A DNA stretch of 64,000 bases from Gnetum montanum (taxonomy: Eukaryota; Plantae; Gnetophyta). The position numbers and the translations under genes are program-made. A model generated the notes under the pieces. The model worked only from the letters and a program-made list of their open reading frames with translations. It was not told the origin of the DNA and did not search any database. Where the stretch lies: NCBI GenBank assembly GCA_015680685.1, contig MNCI01001420.1:223827-287826 (forward strand), in the 5' to 3' direction. This document shows positions 37,027 through 48,919 of this stretch, piece by piece; the stretch's first letter is position 1, and each line of letters starts with the position of its first letter.

Positions 37027-40000
37027 CATGGTTTCTTTTTCATAGAATGGGTAGTGAGTCCATGACATCTACACATCCACAAACTCTATGGTTCTCCTTG
37101 TTTTGGAAGTAAGAGATCCCTTTCATTAAATAAACTTTTAATAAATTTATGAGCTTGGTAGTTTCTAGAATTGGAAAGGATTCAAAGATTTACATAGGGT
37201 GTGACTTCAAGGAGAGTCAATACTCTTTTTACTCTTCTACTTGCTTGGGTGCATGAGTGTTTTCATAGACTTCTTACTATTCCATGTCGACCAAGAATAG
37301 GAAGTTGAATAAAGTCTTTGCATGGTGTGGTTCCCATCCAAAAAGAGAGAGAGAGGAGAAAAAAAAAAGATGGGAATTCAAAGCACACCACTTAGATAAA
37401 TAAATAGGCTACAAGCACTAGTTATGAGACTAGAAAGATATGTTACCCATGCCTAAATTTCCCCTCTAACTAAGGCCCTTTCTCACTTCCTAATTCTCTT
37501 TTCTTCTCTTTATGGAATATTGATTGTTTTGTGGGAGCACTCTTATGTCTTGAGGGGATGGATCAATCTTGGGGTGGTGATGCAAAGTCACTGAAAGTGG
37601 TTGGTTTTGGTCTAGACTTAGGATGGATCTTCTTAGGTCATTTAAACACAAATACATGAGGGACTTGTTATGGCCCTAATCTGGAATTCCATTCCACCTT
37701 CTCCATCATTTGTCAATGCTACCCATAACTCACCTCATTGTTAGTGTCCATGTTCTTAATTCGATGTCCTTGTCTAACATGCTTGAATTCTTGGATAGAA
37801 TCTTCTAGGTTTTGGTCCTTAATTTTCATTAATCATTAATCGCTTATGGGGCCCACGATCTCCTTAAGTTGAGGTTATGCAAGGGCAAACAAGACATGTG
37901 CCTGCTATGGGGAGGACCCACTTGCATATCTCTTAGTTGGGTTCATTAAGCATCTTATCCTTAGGCATTCTTCCAAACAAAATCTTTTGTACACCCATCT
38001 TTTGCATCAAACCATGTGCTCCTTTACATATTTTATTATATACACACATTCTCTATCAAATTTTTCCATATTGAGCTTTTAGAGCCAATGCATATACGAG
38101 GCCTTGTATATGCAGCCCCATCAATGTAGTGGAAAAACTAGTATAAATATGCATGACCCCTTAGAAATTTTTACATTTTCTTACAAATGCCAAGGGAGTC
38201 TTTCAAATCTTCAGAGCCCAAACCTTCGAGAGCCCATAACTTTCTAACTATTTATCCAAATCACTCCCTTCTTTGACCTTGCAGCTACTAGAGGTAAGCT
38301 CTTAGTCGTGGGGGCCACAAATGTGGCAAGTGTAACTAACTAACTAGATAAGGTACTCAAATATTTAATGTTACACATTATAATTACTAATCCATGAATG
38401 TGTTATGATTGCAAAACAAGAAGGATCCAAGAACAAGCTAAGGAAGAACCACTTACAATCCATACCACAGGTCCTCTTAGGGAAGAGGCCAAGCTAGAAT
38501 CTATTCGTCAAATTCCGAAACTGGTAGCAACAACAAAACATTCCCACCAAGATGAGGCACTAGCTTAGCAAGTAAACCTTGAGGTGACTTTGACAAAAGC
38601 CTACTTGAATCAAATTAGATCAAGGAAGGTCCAAAAAATAGCGCTTTAGGAGTTAAACTTTGGCTCGTTCCTAGAGCAAGCACTTGAAGAAGTACAGGAC
38701 TGATCAAGGACCTCTCCCATGTGGCCAATTATCATTTCCACTGGGGAGTGGTACATTGAAGAGACACTCTTCCTCTGGAATAATAGGTAGGCTAGTTCAA
38801 CTGTAAAAATTAAGGACATCTTAGTGTCCTACTCAATGCAGGTTGATGCTGAAGTGCTTAGGTTGCCAGAAATAGGGGTGAATCTCGTTGAGATTCCAAT
38901 GTAGGTGAAACATGGTTTCTTGTCCATGGAATAGGAAGTGAGTCCATGACATCTGTCCATCCACAAACTCTATGGTTTTCCTTGTTTTGAAAGTATGAGG
39001 TTCCTTTCATTAAATAAACTTTTAATAAATTTATGACATTTGTAGTTTTAAGAATTATTACGGATTCAAAGGTTTGCATAGGATGTGACTTCAAGGGGAC
39101 TCAATACTATTTATACTCTTCTAGTTACTCAGGTGTATAAGTGTTTTCATGGATTTCTTACCATTCCATGTCAACCAATAATAGGAAGTTGAATAAGTCT
39201 TTGCATGGTGTGGTTCCTATCCAAAAAGAGAGAGAAAAAAATAAGACAAAACAAAATAAAAGATAAAAAACATGATGGGAATTCAAAGTACACCCCTTAG
39301 ATAAATAAAAGAGCTACAAGCACTAGTTATGGGACTAGAAAGACATGTTACCCATGCCTAAAAATCCTCTCTAACTAAGGCCCTCTCTCATTTCCTGCTG
39401 CTCTTTTTTTCTTCTTAAGGAGCTGTGGTTATTCTATGGGAGCACTCTTGTGTCTTGAGTGGGTGGATTGATCTTGTAGTGTCGATGTGAAGTCATTGAA
39501 AGCAGTTGGTTTTGATTTGGACTAAGGATGAATCTTCTCAAGTCATTTAAACACAAATCCACAAGAGAGTTCTTATGACCTCAATTTAGAATTCCATTCC
39601 ACCTTCTCCATTATCCATTTATGCTACTTGCAACTCACCTCACTACTGGTGTCCATCTTGTTGTTTAGTGTCTTTGTTTGACATACTTGATTTCTTTGGT
39701 AGAATCTTTAGGGCTTTTATCCTTAACTTCCATCAACCATTAATCACATATGGGGCCTAGTTGAGGTTATGCAAGGGCAAGCAAGGCATATGCCTACTAT
39801 GGGGATGATCCACTTACATATCTCTTGGTTGGGTTTGTTAAGCACCTTATCCTTAGGTATTCTTGCAATTAGAATCTTTGTACACTCATCTTTTGCATCC
39901 AACCATGTGCTCCTTTAAAATATTTTCTTTAATTCACACATTCTCAATAAAATTCTTGAATATTTGAACTTTCAAAGAGCCTCTTCAATGGTTTCATCAT

Positions 40001-41185
40001 ATTCTTGGCTTTTCAGGGACTTCATAGACTCTAAATTAATTCAAAAATTCCTTGTATTTTTTAAAATATTCAAAATTGAAAATTTTGTTTATGGATCTCG
40101 TAAATTGGGCCTTGTCAACAAAGCCCATGCTTATATGAGGTCTTGTATATGTGGCCCCATCAATGTAGCGCAAAAATACTATAAATATGCACAACCCACC
40201 TTAGAAATTTTCACATTTTCTCACAAATGCTAAGGGAGATTTTCAAATTTTTAGATTCTAGAACCTTCTAGAGCCCATAACTTCCTAACCGTTTATCCAA
40301 ATCACTCTGTTCTTCGACCCTATAGCTCTTAGAGATAAGCTCTTAGTCATGGGGGCCAGAAATGTGCCATTTTTGATAGAGAATGTTTCACCATTTTTCT
40401 AACTCCCACAAAGGTTTAACTAAGAAATCAACATTTAAATACCAACTTATAGAAGTTAAACCCTTCCAATGAGCTTCGGTAACACTTATAATAAAAATTA
40501 ATAAAATAAAATAATCAATCTAACTAGATAAGGTGCAACCATAGCCAAGTGTAACTAACTAACTAGATAAGGTATTCAAATATTCAAAGTTACACATTAT
40601 ATCGACTAATCTATGGATGTGTTGTGATCATAGATGGCACTGAAAGGCAAACACACGTAGGAAGGAAGACCATCTCAACCAAGAGAGAAATGAACAAGAA
40701 TAGGAAGGGGCTAATAATAGTCCTAGGAAGAACAAATTGCAATCCATGTCACAGAAGGAAGAGGCCAAAGTGGAATCCGTTCATTAGATTCTAGAACCAG
40801 TAGCAGTAATAGAACATTCCCACCAAGATGAGTCACCATCTTAGCAAGAAAAACTTGAGATGACCTTGACGAAGGCCTACCTAACTCAAATTAGATGTAA
40901 GAAGGTCTAAAAGATGGTGCTCTAAGAGTTAAACTTTGGCACTTTCTTGGAGTAAGCACCTAAAAAGGTACAAGACCAACTGAAGACCTCTCCCATGTGG
41001 CCAATTATCACTTTTAGCAGGGAGTGGTATATGGGAGAGAAGTTCTTATTTTGGAACAATAGGTAAGCTAGTTCAATAGTCAAAATCAAGGACATTTCAG
41101 TGTTCTACTTAGTGCAGGTCATTGCTGAAGCACTTGGGTTGCCAGAAATTAGGATGAATCTCATTGAGATTTCGATGCAAGTTGA
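37027..41185 (+). repeat. Imperfect tandem duplication (37027-38909 / 38911-41185) of the Athila non-coding region and the start of the 3' ORF
   Basis: Both units begin CATGGTTTCTT...GTGAGTCCATGACATCT and end ...GGTTGCCAGAAAT...GAGATT. The first copy lacks ~40367-40545. Confidence 0.88.
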
Positions 41186-43137
41186 CCCTAGCATCAAAAA
41201 GGAATGGGTTCAACGGTGCTATGGTGTTGATTGCAAGGAGTATGGCAAGCTCACACTGGTAGAAAGAATCCACTACAAAAATGTAGCCTTTCATCTAAAC
41301 CCCATGGTGAGGCCTAACAAGATCATTGCCTTTTTTGCCCATTTATGTGTTGCTTTGAGTGGGATATTCCTTGTCAACCTTTTACAATTGATCTATCTGG
41401 AGAAAGAAAAGCAATTTAAAGAGAATGAACATGGAAGGAAGGCACTCCCCTTCCCATGCCTAAGCTATGCCAAAGCGGAGGGATAGTCTGCTATACAAAT
41501 GATGTTGTCTAACATGCTTTGACCGCTAACTGGGTAGAGATGATGAAGGCTAAGACACTTGCAACAACCATTTAATAAGAGGAGCAGTAGCCACCACCCA
41601 CACCTACCACTCAAAAAACTATGTTAGATGTCATTACAACATTTCAATAGTTGCATGAATACCAAGAATGGTTCTTGAGTGAGTAAGAGTAATGAGTAGG
41701 CACGAGTGGTGGGGACCTGTTTGTGTATTGGCCAATGATGAGTCACCTAAATGAGGTGGCCTAAATAGTTAGCATGATGGTAAGAGGTGGATCCATTTTT
41801 TCTTCCCAAAAAACATAGTTTTTCACATCCTATCACTAGAGACGTAATAATATCTCTCTTAGAATAGCAGCCACTCCTAGATATTTTTGAGAATGTTGCA
41901 ACTTTCTCGGTGTACTTGGAGGAAGGTGAGGAGGCAACAATACTGGTGATGTAGCACTAGGGCAAGAAACCATAGCAGAGGTGTTTGCTAATAGAATTTT
42001 TGAAACACTCAATGCACCTGTAGTGTCTATAGCAAATGTCATTGCACTTAAAGATGTGTAGATGTCTATAGGAACCATAAGCAACAGATTAAGCACTGCA
42101 CAACATGAAGAACTATTGGATTGGCTGGTGGAAACTAGGCAAGATGTCTTTGATCTTCTAGATACTATTACTAAAACCTAGTTGGAGTTGCTAAATGAAA
42201 AGAACATTATTTTGGAATGGCAACTTGAAATAGCCAAGGAGTTGAACGAATGCTTGGCTATTGAAGTTGCTAAATTAAGAGCTTAGATTACTAACTTTGC
42301 ATTTCTCAACTCAGCATTGACAAGAGATGAAGTTCTTGAATAGCTTCACATCTAGATGAAAGGGGTTGAGGGTGCAATGAAGACAATGGTGTTTTACCAA
42401 TTCTTAGTAGAGGCCACATAGCATAAAATTCAAAAGGCCTTGGATTTGACTTATGAGGAGAATGTGCAACTAATCGTAGAAAACCATTGCCTACAAAATG
42501 TTAATGCGCATAAACGAAAATTGATTAATTTTATCCATCAATAGTAAGACCAAGTAGCTAGAGCAAACATAGAGCTAAGGAGATTGATATCTGAGAATAG
42601 AAACCTCTCCATGGAGGAGGTTTGTGCCCTTTGCCAAAAGATTATAATAGAGGTAGTTGACTAGAAATTAGAGGCTCTCAAATTTGAGAGAGTTAAGGAT
42701 CACTACAGAGACAAGGTTGGCCTACAGAAAGAAGTAAATGAGAAACAAATTCAAGTGGTGAAGGTTAAAATGAACAAGATCCTTCAGCAACTCCAACATG
42801 GACATGAATTGTGGCAGCCCATCATTGATGGAATTAATTAGTACAATAAAGTAGAAATTCACCTAAAGGAGTTATAGATAGAGGAAATGATGGAATACAT
42901 GGAGGTGGCCAATCTTTGGTACATGAACTGGCTATGTTGACTATCAGATGACCATGGTTAGAATTGGAAAAGCAGGTGGCCAGTTCGTACATGTTATACA
43001 AGGCTAAGTTCAAACACCACAAGGATACCAAGAAAAAGCTTGTGGTGGAAAACACTGAACTCAATGTTCTCAAGGGAAAATACACTAATAAGATATTTAT
43101 TACCAAGAACTTGATCAACAGAGTGAATGAATACTAG
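40630..43137 (+). pseudogene. Athila 3' accessory ('env-like'/putative plant transposon protein) ORF with a long charged, coiled-coil-like tail, degenerate
   Basis: ORF 41100-41486 VIAEALGLPE...LVNLLQLIY...KALPFPCL, followed by ~1.1 kb of E/K/L-rich sequence. Homologous to 48920-51480. Confidence 0.75.
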
Positions 43138-43139
43138 GA

Positions 43140-44035
43140 GCCACGTTGCCCCTTCAATGGGGCCACGTTGACCAACAAAGTGAATGATCTATGTGGTGTT
43201 GCCCATGGGGCCATGTTGATGTAGTGTTTGTTGCATTTATTGGGCCTCGTCAACATAGCTCCACAATAAAGTCTATAAATATGTGCTTACCAACTATGTT
43301 TATGAGAGGTCAAGTCATAGTTGTAGTAGATCTCTTATAGTTTTGTCATTTGAGAGTTAGAATATTTCTCTGACTACTCATAGTAAGAGTCAGAAAGTGT
43401 ATAGATCTTTATTCAAGCACTAATGTACTTGAGGATACTAGTGTGAACAACAATAAAGATGAGCCTTTTGATCAAACTTTGCAATACTTGAAATAGATTA
43501 ATAATTTATTTATGCATTTACTATTTTTATTAATTATGTAATTAATTAAGCTAAACTAAACTTTAATTGATTAATTACATAATTAAGCCAAATAGATTAA
43601 ACACATAGATAGGACCACTTCGAGCATAACATACAGTACTTGGTAATCCCAACAGCGCTTAATGCTTTGTAGCTCAATAATGTTGTATGCATTTAGGATG
43701 TGTACGGAAAGCAGGACTAGATACTTATGTTAGGATTAGTTAGAGATTAATTAATTAGTTAGATTAAATTAGCTATTAAATTACTTTGTTTCTCTATTTT
43801 AAATCACCAAGAACATAAAACATAAAATAATAAGAATCATATGCCTCGAATACACTTAACCCTATCTTTGTAAATCACAAGTGTAATTGGGAAGACAATA
43901 AATGATTGTTAAGGCAAGTTCATTTCCTAGAGGCTAGTGTACCAGAAGGCATAGAATCCATGAAATATGACTAGATCATGCATGAACGCTTAGTGATTCG
44001 TATGGTTGAGTGTAGGGGTACTTCGTTGCTCATCA
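43140..44035 (+). repeat. 3' LTR of the Athila-like element (5' boundary uncertain)
   Basis: Aligns with 9200-10024 from GTCTATAAATA to ...GGGGTACTTCGTTGCTCATCA. Confidence 0.82.
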
Positions 44036-44669
44036 ATGATTAAGAAAATGATGTTACAATGAAGAGTAAGAATAAAAGTGCTCATAATAACTAATGATAG
44101 AACTTTTTGTGAATAGTGCTTGCACAATTCCCAAGATTTTGACATTATCTTATAGCCTCAAAGTTTCCATAAACTCCTCAAAATTCATGCAACGGTTACC
44201 AAATAGCTACTGTAGATGTCTACTTTAAAGTTCAGACATCTATTTGAGATTTCTCTCAATGCAGGAGAGACGTCTACCTGAAAAGTGAGACATCTAGTGT
44301 GAGATGTCTTGGCATAGGCATCTAGTGTGAGATGTCTTGGCATAGACTCTACTGTGAAAGATGGACATGTACTGCTTTTTGAAGAAGTCTATTCAACTTT
44401 TTAACTTTAAATTCTGAGGCACTCTCTTATTAATTTGTCTCCGTGACAGTCCTCAGAACACCTTAGTTTGATTTGTAGACACCATTTTCATCCACTCTCT
44501 CATCTTGTCCATGTAGTCTTCATTTTAACATCTTGATGTAGATCTTGTTTCCTTGAATTCTCATATCTCCAAGTGAAGTTCTTGTTCATGCCTTGTAAAA
44601 TCATAATCACACACATACATTCTATATTCTCCATTTTTCTTAAGGTTTTGACATACCAAAAGGGCAACA
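44036..44669 (-). repeat. Probable LTR fragment of another family (copia-like TGTTG start), minus strand
   Basis: Minus strand begins TGTTGCCCTTTTGGTATGTCAAAACC. Contains AGACATCT/AGATGTCT short repeats and a ~28-bp tandem duplication at 44291-44345. Abuts a truncated RT. Confidence 0.5.
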
Positions 44670-46900
44670 TATAGTGGCTATAACCAAATAAAAATTACAC
44701 CATAGGATTAGGCTAAGATAACTTTTACAAGTCCTTAGGAGAACTTTGCATATAAAAAGATACCTCTAGCCTCTATAATGATCCTGCAACTATCGAATGC
44801 TTAGTTTTAAACATCTTTCAATAGTGAATTGGTAGTGGTGTGAAAGTTTTCATGGATGACTTCTCCACCTATGGTACTAACTTTGAGTAGGCATTAGACC
44901 ATCTTAAGTAGGTACTTAAATGATGTGTACAAACTAACTTGTAATTCAACTAGTATAAGAGCCACTTGATGCTTAGAGATGACATTGTTTTGCGATACAA
45001 AGTTTTAGGGAAAGGAATAGAGGTGGACCTTGAAAAAGTAAAGGTCATCCAAGGAATAACTAGATAACTTTAAACTATCAATGATGTCAGGTCATTCTTT
45101 GGTCATACTAGTTACTATAGGTGCTTCATTAAAAATTTCTCTAGAATCACCAAACTACTAGTATAGCTCATTGAGAAGGATGTAACCTTTAAATGGATTA
45201 AGGAATGTGAATAAGAATTCAAACACTTGAAGAAAAAGCTCATGGAAACTACAATTCTACAGGCCTTAGAGTGGTCTAAGCCATTTCATATCATGATAGA
45301 CACATCTAACTATGCCTTTGGGGTGGTGCTTACATAAATGAATGATAAAAATGTAAATATTATATCCATTATGCAAGCGAAAGCATTGTGGGTGCACAAA
45401 TCAACTACACCACCACTAAAAAAGAACTCATGGTAGTGGTGTATGCCTTAGAAAAATTTAGGTACAATGTGCTTAGATACCAAATTTTTGTGTAAACAAA
45501 CCATAGTGTAATACGATTCTTGATGAATGAACTAGTGGTAAGCACCCATGTTATATGTTAGTTGGTGACCTTACAAGAATTTGATCTAACTATGATGGAC
45601 ATAAAAGGAACTAAGAATGTAGTTACATATCATTTCTCTCAGTTAAGGTGGGATAGCAATGAGGAGGAAAAATCTTTATCTAATCAATTTCTAGATGAAT
45701 TTCTCTTTGTTAAGTCCATTAAAGTTCAAGCACCAAAGGTTGCAAATTAGTATGATGAGTTCCTATCATAGTTACTCATATAAGAGACTCCTATAGAATG
45801 GGATCATATGAAGACAATAGTTTCTTCACTAGGTCAAATATTACATGGACATTGAAGGTAACCTCTACAAGATTTGTGTTTATGGATTGGTACGATGGTT
45901 TGTACCCAACGTAGATCTTTTATAAGTTCTTTAGAACACTCACGAAGGTTGTTTTGGGGGCCACTATGTAGGAAGAAGGACAACCAAAGAGATTCTCATG
46001 GTAGGATACTTTTGGCCTATAATCTTCAAGCATGCTCATCATTTCTTTCATTCATGTAAAAGGTGTCATTGAGATGGAGGAATAACCATCCAAATGGAAG
46101 GATAAAAATAGTGGATTCAACCACTAGAGACTTTCTACCTTTGGGGTATTAACTTTAACAACATGTGGTAAACAAGTTTGGTGTGCCTAGAGCGCCAATT
46201 TCAAATAATGGAACACATTTCACAAGTTCTACTTTTTGCAAATTAATGCAATGCTTGAGATGCAACATAAACTCAAGACACCCTATCACTCACAAGCTAA
46301 TGGTTAAGTAAGGATCAAAAATAGGGAAATCACAAGAATTCTAATGTGAACCATTAGTAAATATAGGAAATACGAGAGCACCAAACTCAATGATGTCCTT
46401 TGGACATATTACTCAATATGGAAACTTCTTATAGGCTACTCTTCCTATGAGTTACTGTATGGAAAGTTACCTAAACTTTTAATTTAAACTTAACACTGCA
46501 CACTCACAACTTCCTATGAACTTAACATAGATATTAACCTAGCAAAAAAAGAATGGCTCTTAATAGTCAATGTGTAAGATGAATACCAAGGAGTAGCACT
46601 AATGATGAATGAAGTGCACAATGCACATAAGAAAAAATGTCATGATGCATGGATAAGGAAAGTTATATTCAAACTAGGAGATAAGGTTCTCTATTGGAAT
46701 TCCATATTTGTGCTGCCACAAACTAAGTTCTAGACACTATGAAAAGGACCTTACATTATATATTCAACTTTTTCTTTTGAGGCTATGATAATTTACCACC
46801 CAACAAATCCTCAAACGTACATGTTAGTCAACATCCAACAACTTAAGCCATTCATGAAATCCCAACTAACCATCAATAGTACTAACACCTTAAAAAAAGA
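44670..46900 (+). pseudogene. pol: Degenerate Athila pol fragment with an internal deletion in integrase near 46155
   Basis: YSGYNQIKI, FMDDFS (~44849), GAQINYTTTKKEL, HSRRLFWG (shifted HxGxxGGH region), SNNGTHF, TPYHSQANG and KGPY. Confidence 0.9.
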
Positions 46901-48919
46901 ACAAGCACATTTCATTTTCCAAGTCTCCTCCTTCCAACCTAGTTATGGTGGAGATATCCATCTACCATAAATTTTAATGATGATAAAATTTTTTTCTCCT
47001 TTTTTGTTTTGCAACGTTCTTTATATGTTTTTCACTTTATTAATCTTTTATTTATTATTTTATATATATTCCTTTTCTTTGTTATTCTCTTATTAATTTA
47101 TTGTCATTTTCATTCAGTCTCCTTTGAAATCTTGAATTTTGTTCCATTACTACTATGAATTTTGGAAATTGTTGAACACAACTATCAAAGTTATGATTAA
47201 TTTACAAAAGGGCAAATTTATCCTTGGATTATGTTCTCTACTATCAGTCTATCAATTTTCTGATGGCATTAGGCAATGACTTCACAACATCCACCCATTA
47301 CATCTATTCCATATGGAGTTTGCATCATGGGACCATGAAGGTTCTTTCACATTGAAACTAAAAAGTAACATGTGATCTTGTTACCCAATGAACTAGAAAA
47401 GGACCAAGTGGGAATTAAATGGATGTGACCTCAAGGGGATTTGATGTGTTCTTGTCTCAACTTCCTTCTTGAGTTCTATGATTCTTCATTAGTATATCAT
47501 CATTCCTACTATCGATCATAAAAGGAAGCATGTCTTTGCATGGTGTGGCTCCCATAAAAAATAAAAGAAAACAATAACATAATAACGAGAACTCAAAGTA
47601 ACCCCTTAGACAATTTCATGTGCTACAAGCACTAGTAATGGGGCTAGAAAAACATGTTACCCATGCCTAAAGGCATCCCTATAACTAAGGCCCTACCTAG
47701 TGTCTTCTTCTCTTACAGTGATGGTTGTCCTTTGAGCTTCTCATAGCTCTTGATGATAAAAGAGGAGGAATATGTTAATGCAAGTTCATTGTAATTGAAA
47801 TGGACTTGGTTTAGACTTGGAATGGATTGGTATCAAATCATCTTTATCACATAATTAACCAAGGACTCTGTGTAACCAGGATGCAGATAACTTATCCATT
47901 GTTCTCTATCTACCATTTACTCACTCCACCCTCTATCACCTCACTGCCTCATACCATGGTAAATTGAGAGTTCTATTTTCTAATTCACATAATCCTAAGA
48001 TAAGTTCTCATAGGGGTGTGGAATTTAACTTAAAATAATAATTCATCATCCTCGGTGCCTATGGACTCCTTGTGATGTAGATATGTAAGGGCATATTAGA
48101 CATATGCCTACTTTGAAGAAGATCCACTTACATACTCTTTTGGTTTACCTTAATTTAAAATCCCTAACCATAGGTCGATTGCACACATGATTATCTCGAT
48201 AGCCTTAAAAATATATAATTGTTTCTCTATCTTGGCATTGAAATATCTCCAAATAACCCATCTCATGTGCTTTAATTACTTCTATTTGGTGAACCATACA
48301 CTCTTTCATGTTGTTACTATGATTCTCTAGTTTTTTGACTTCCATTTGGCTTTTATTTCAACCCTAAACTTGCCCAAAATTCCTTAATTTTCAAATGAAA
48401 AATACAGCTACGAATAGTTGCATTGACACATCCTTGTTGATGCAGTGATGAGTTAATGTAGCCCCATCTATGCATAAGAAAAACACTATATATGTGTGTG
48501 ACACTTATCTCATTTTTCACCATTTCTTCAAAATGCCAAAAGAGTTTTTGCCATTTTTTAGAGCTAAAGAACATTTCAAAAGCCTTGACTTTTGAACTAC
48601 TTACCTAATTTCACTCGTTCTTTGATCGTCGAGCTACTAGAGGTACACTCTATGTTGTGGGGACGTTAAACACTAGGGATTCATAGAAAAGTTTTTAGAA
48701 ATTTTTATAACTCTCCATGAATAAGATATTAAAATAATATTAAATTAATGATCACAAGAGATAATATCAATAATCAACCTCTGTTAGAACATGAATAAAA
48801 TGATAATAAAATAATATCATAAGCTTGTAATCACTCACTAAGGACTTAGTGATGAAATTCCAATGTTTAACTAATAAATATAACTTGATCTAACAAATCT
48901 TGGGTTATGTTTGTGATTG

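Larger units (their letters stand above)
9118..44035 (+). mobile_element. Athila-like Ty3/gypsy element (probably chimeric) carrying two nested insertions
   Basis: LTR, tRNA-Asp PBS, gag and protease, then the insertions, then RT-RH-INT, a long non-coding region, a 3' accessory ORF and a related 3' LTR. Host sequence reads through the two insertion sites. No convincing TSD. Confidence 0.82.

Noticed and set aside
9113-44040. GTGGT/ATGAT as the TSD of the large Athila element
   Set aside because: Only 3 of 5 positions match and the two flanks belong to different sequence types.
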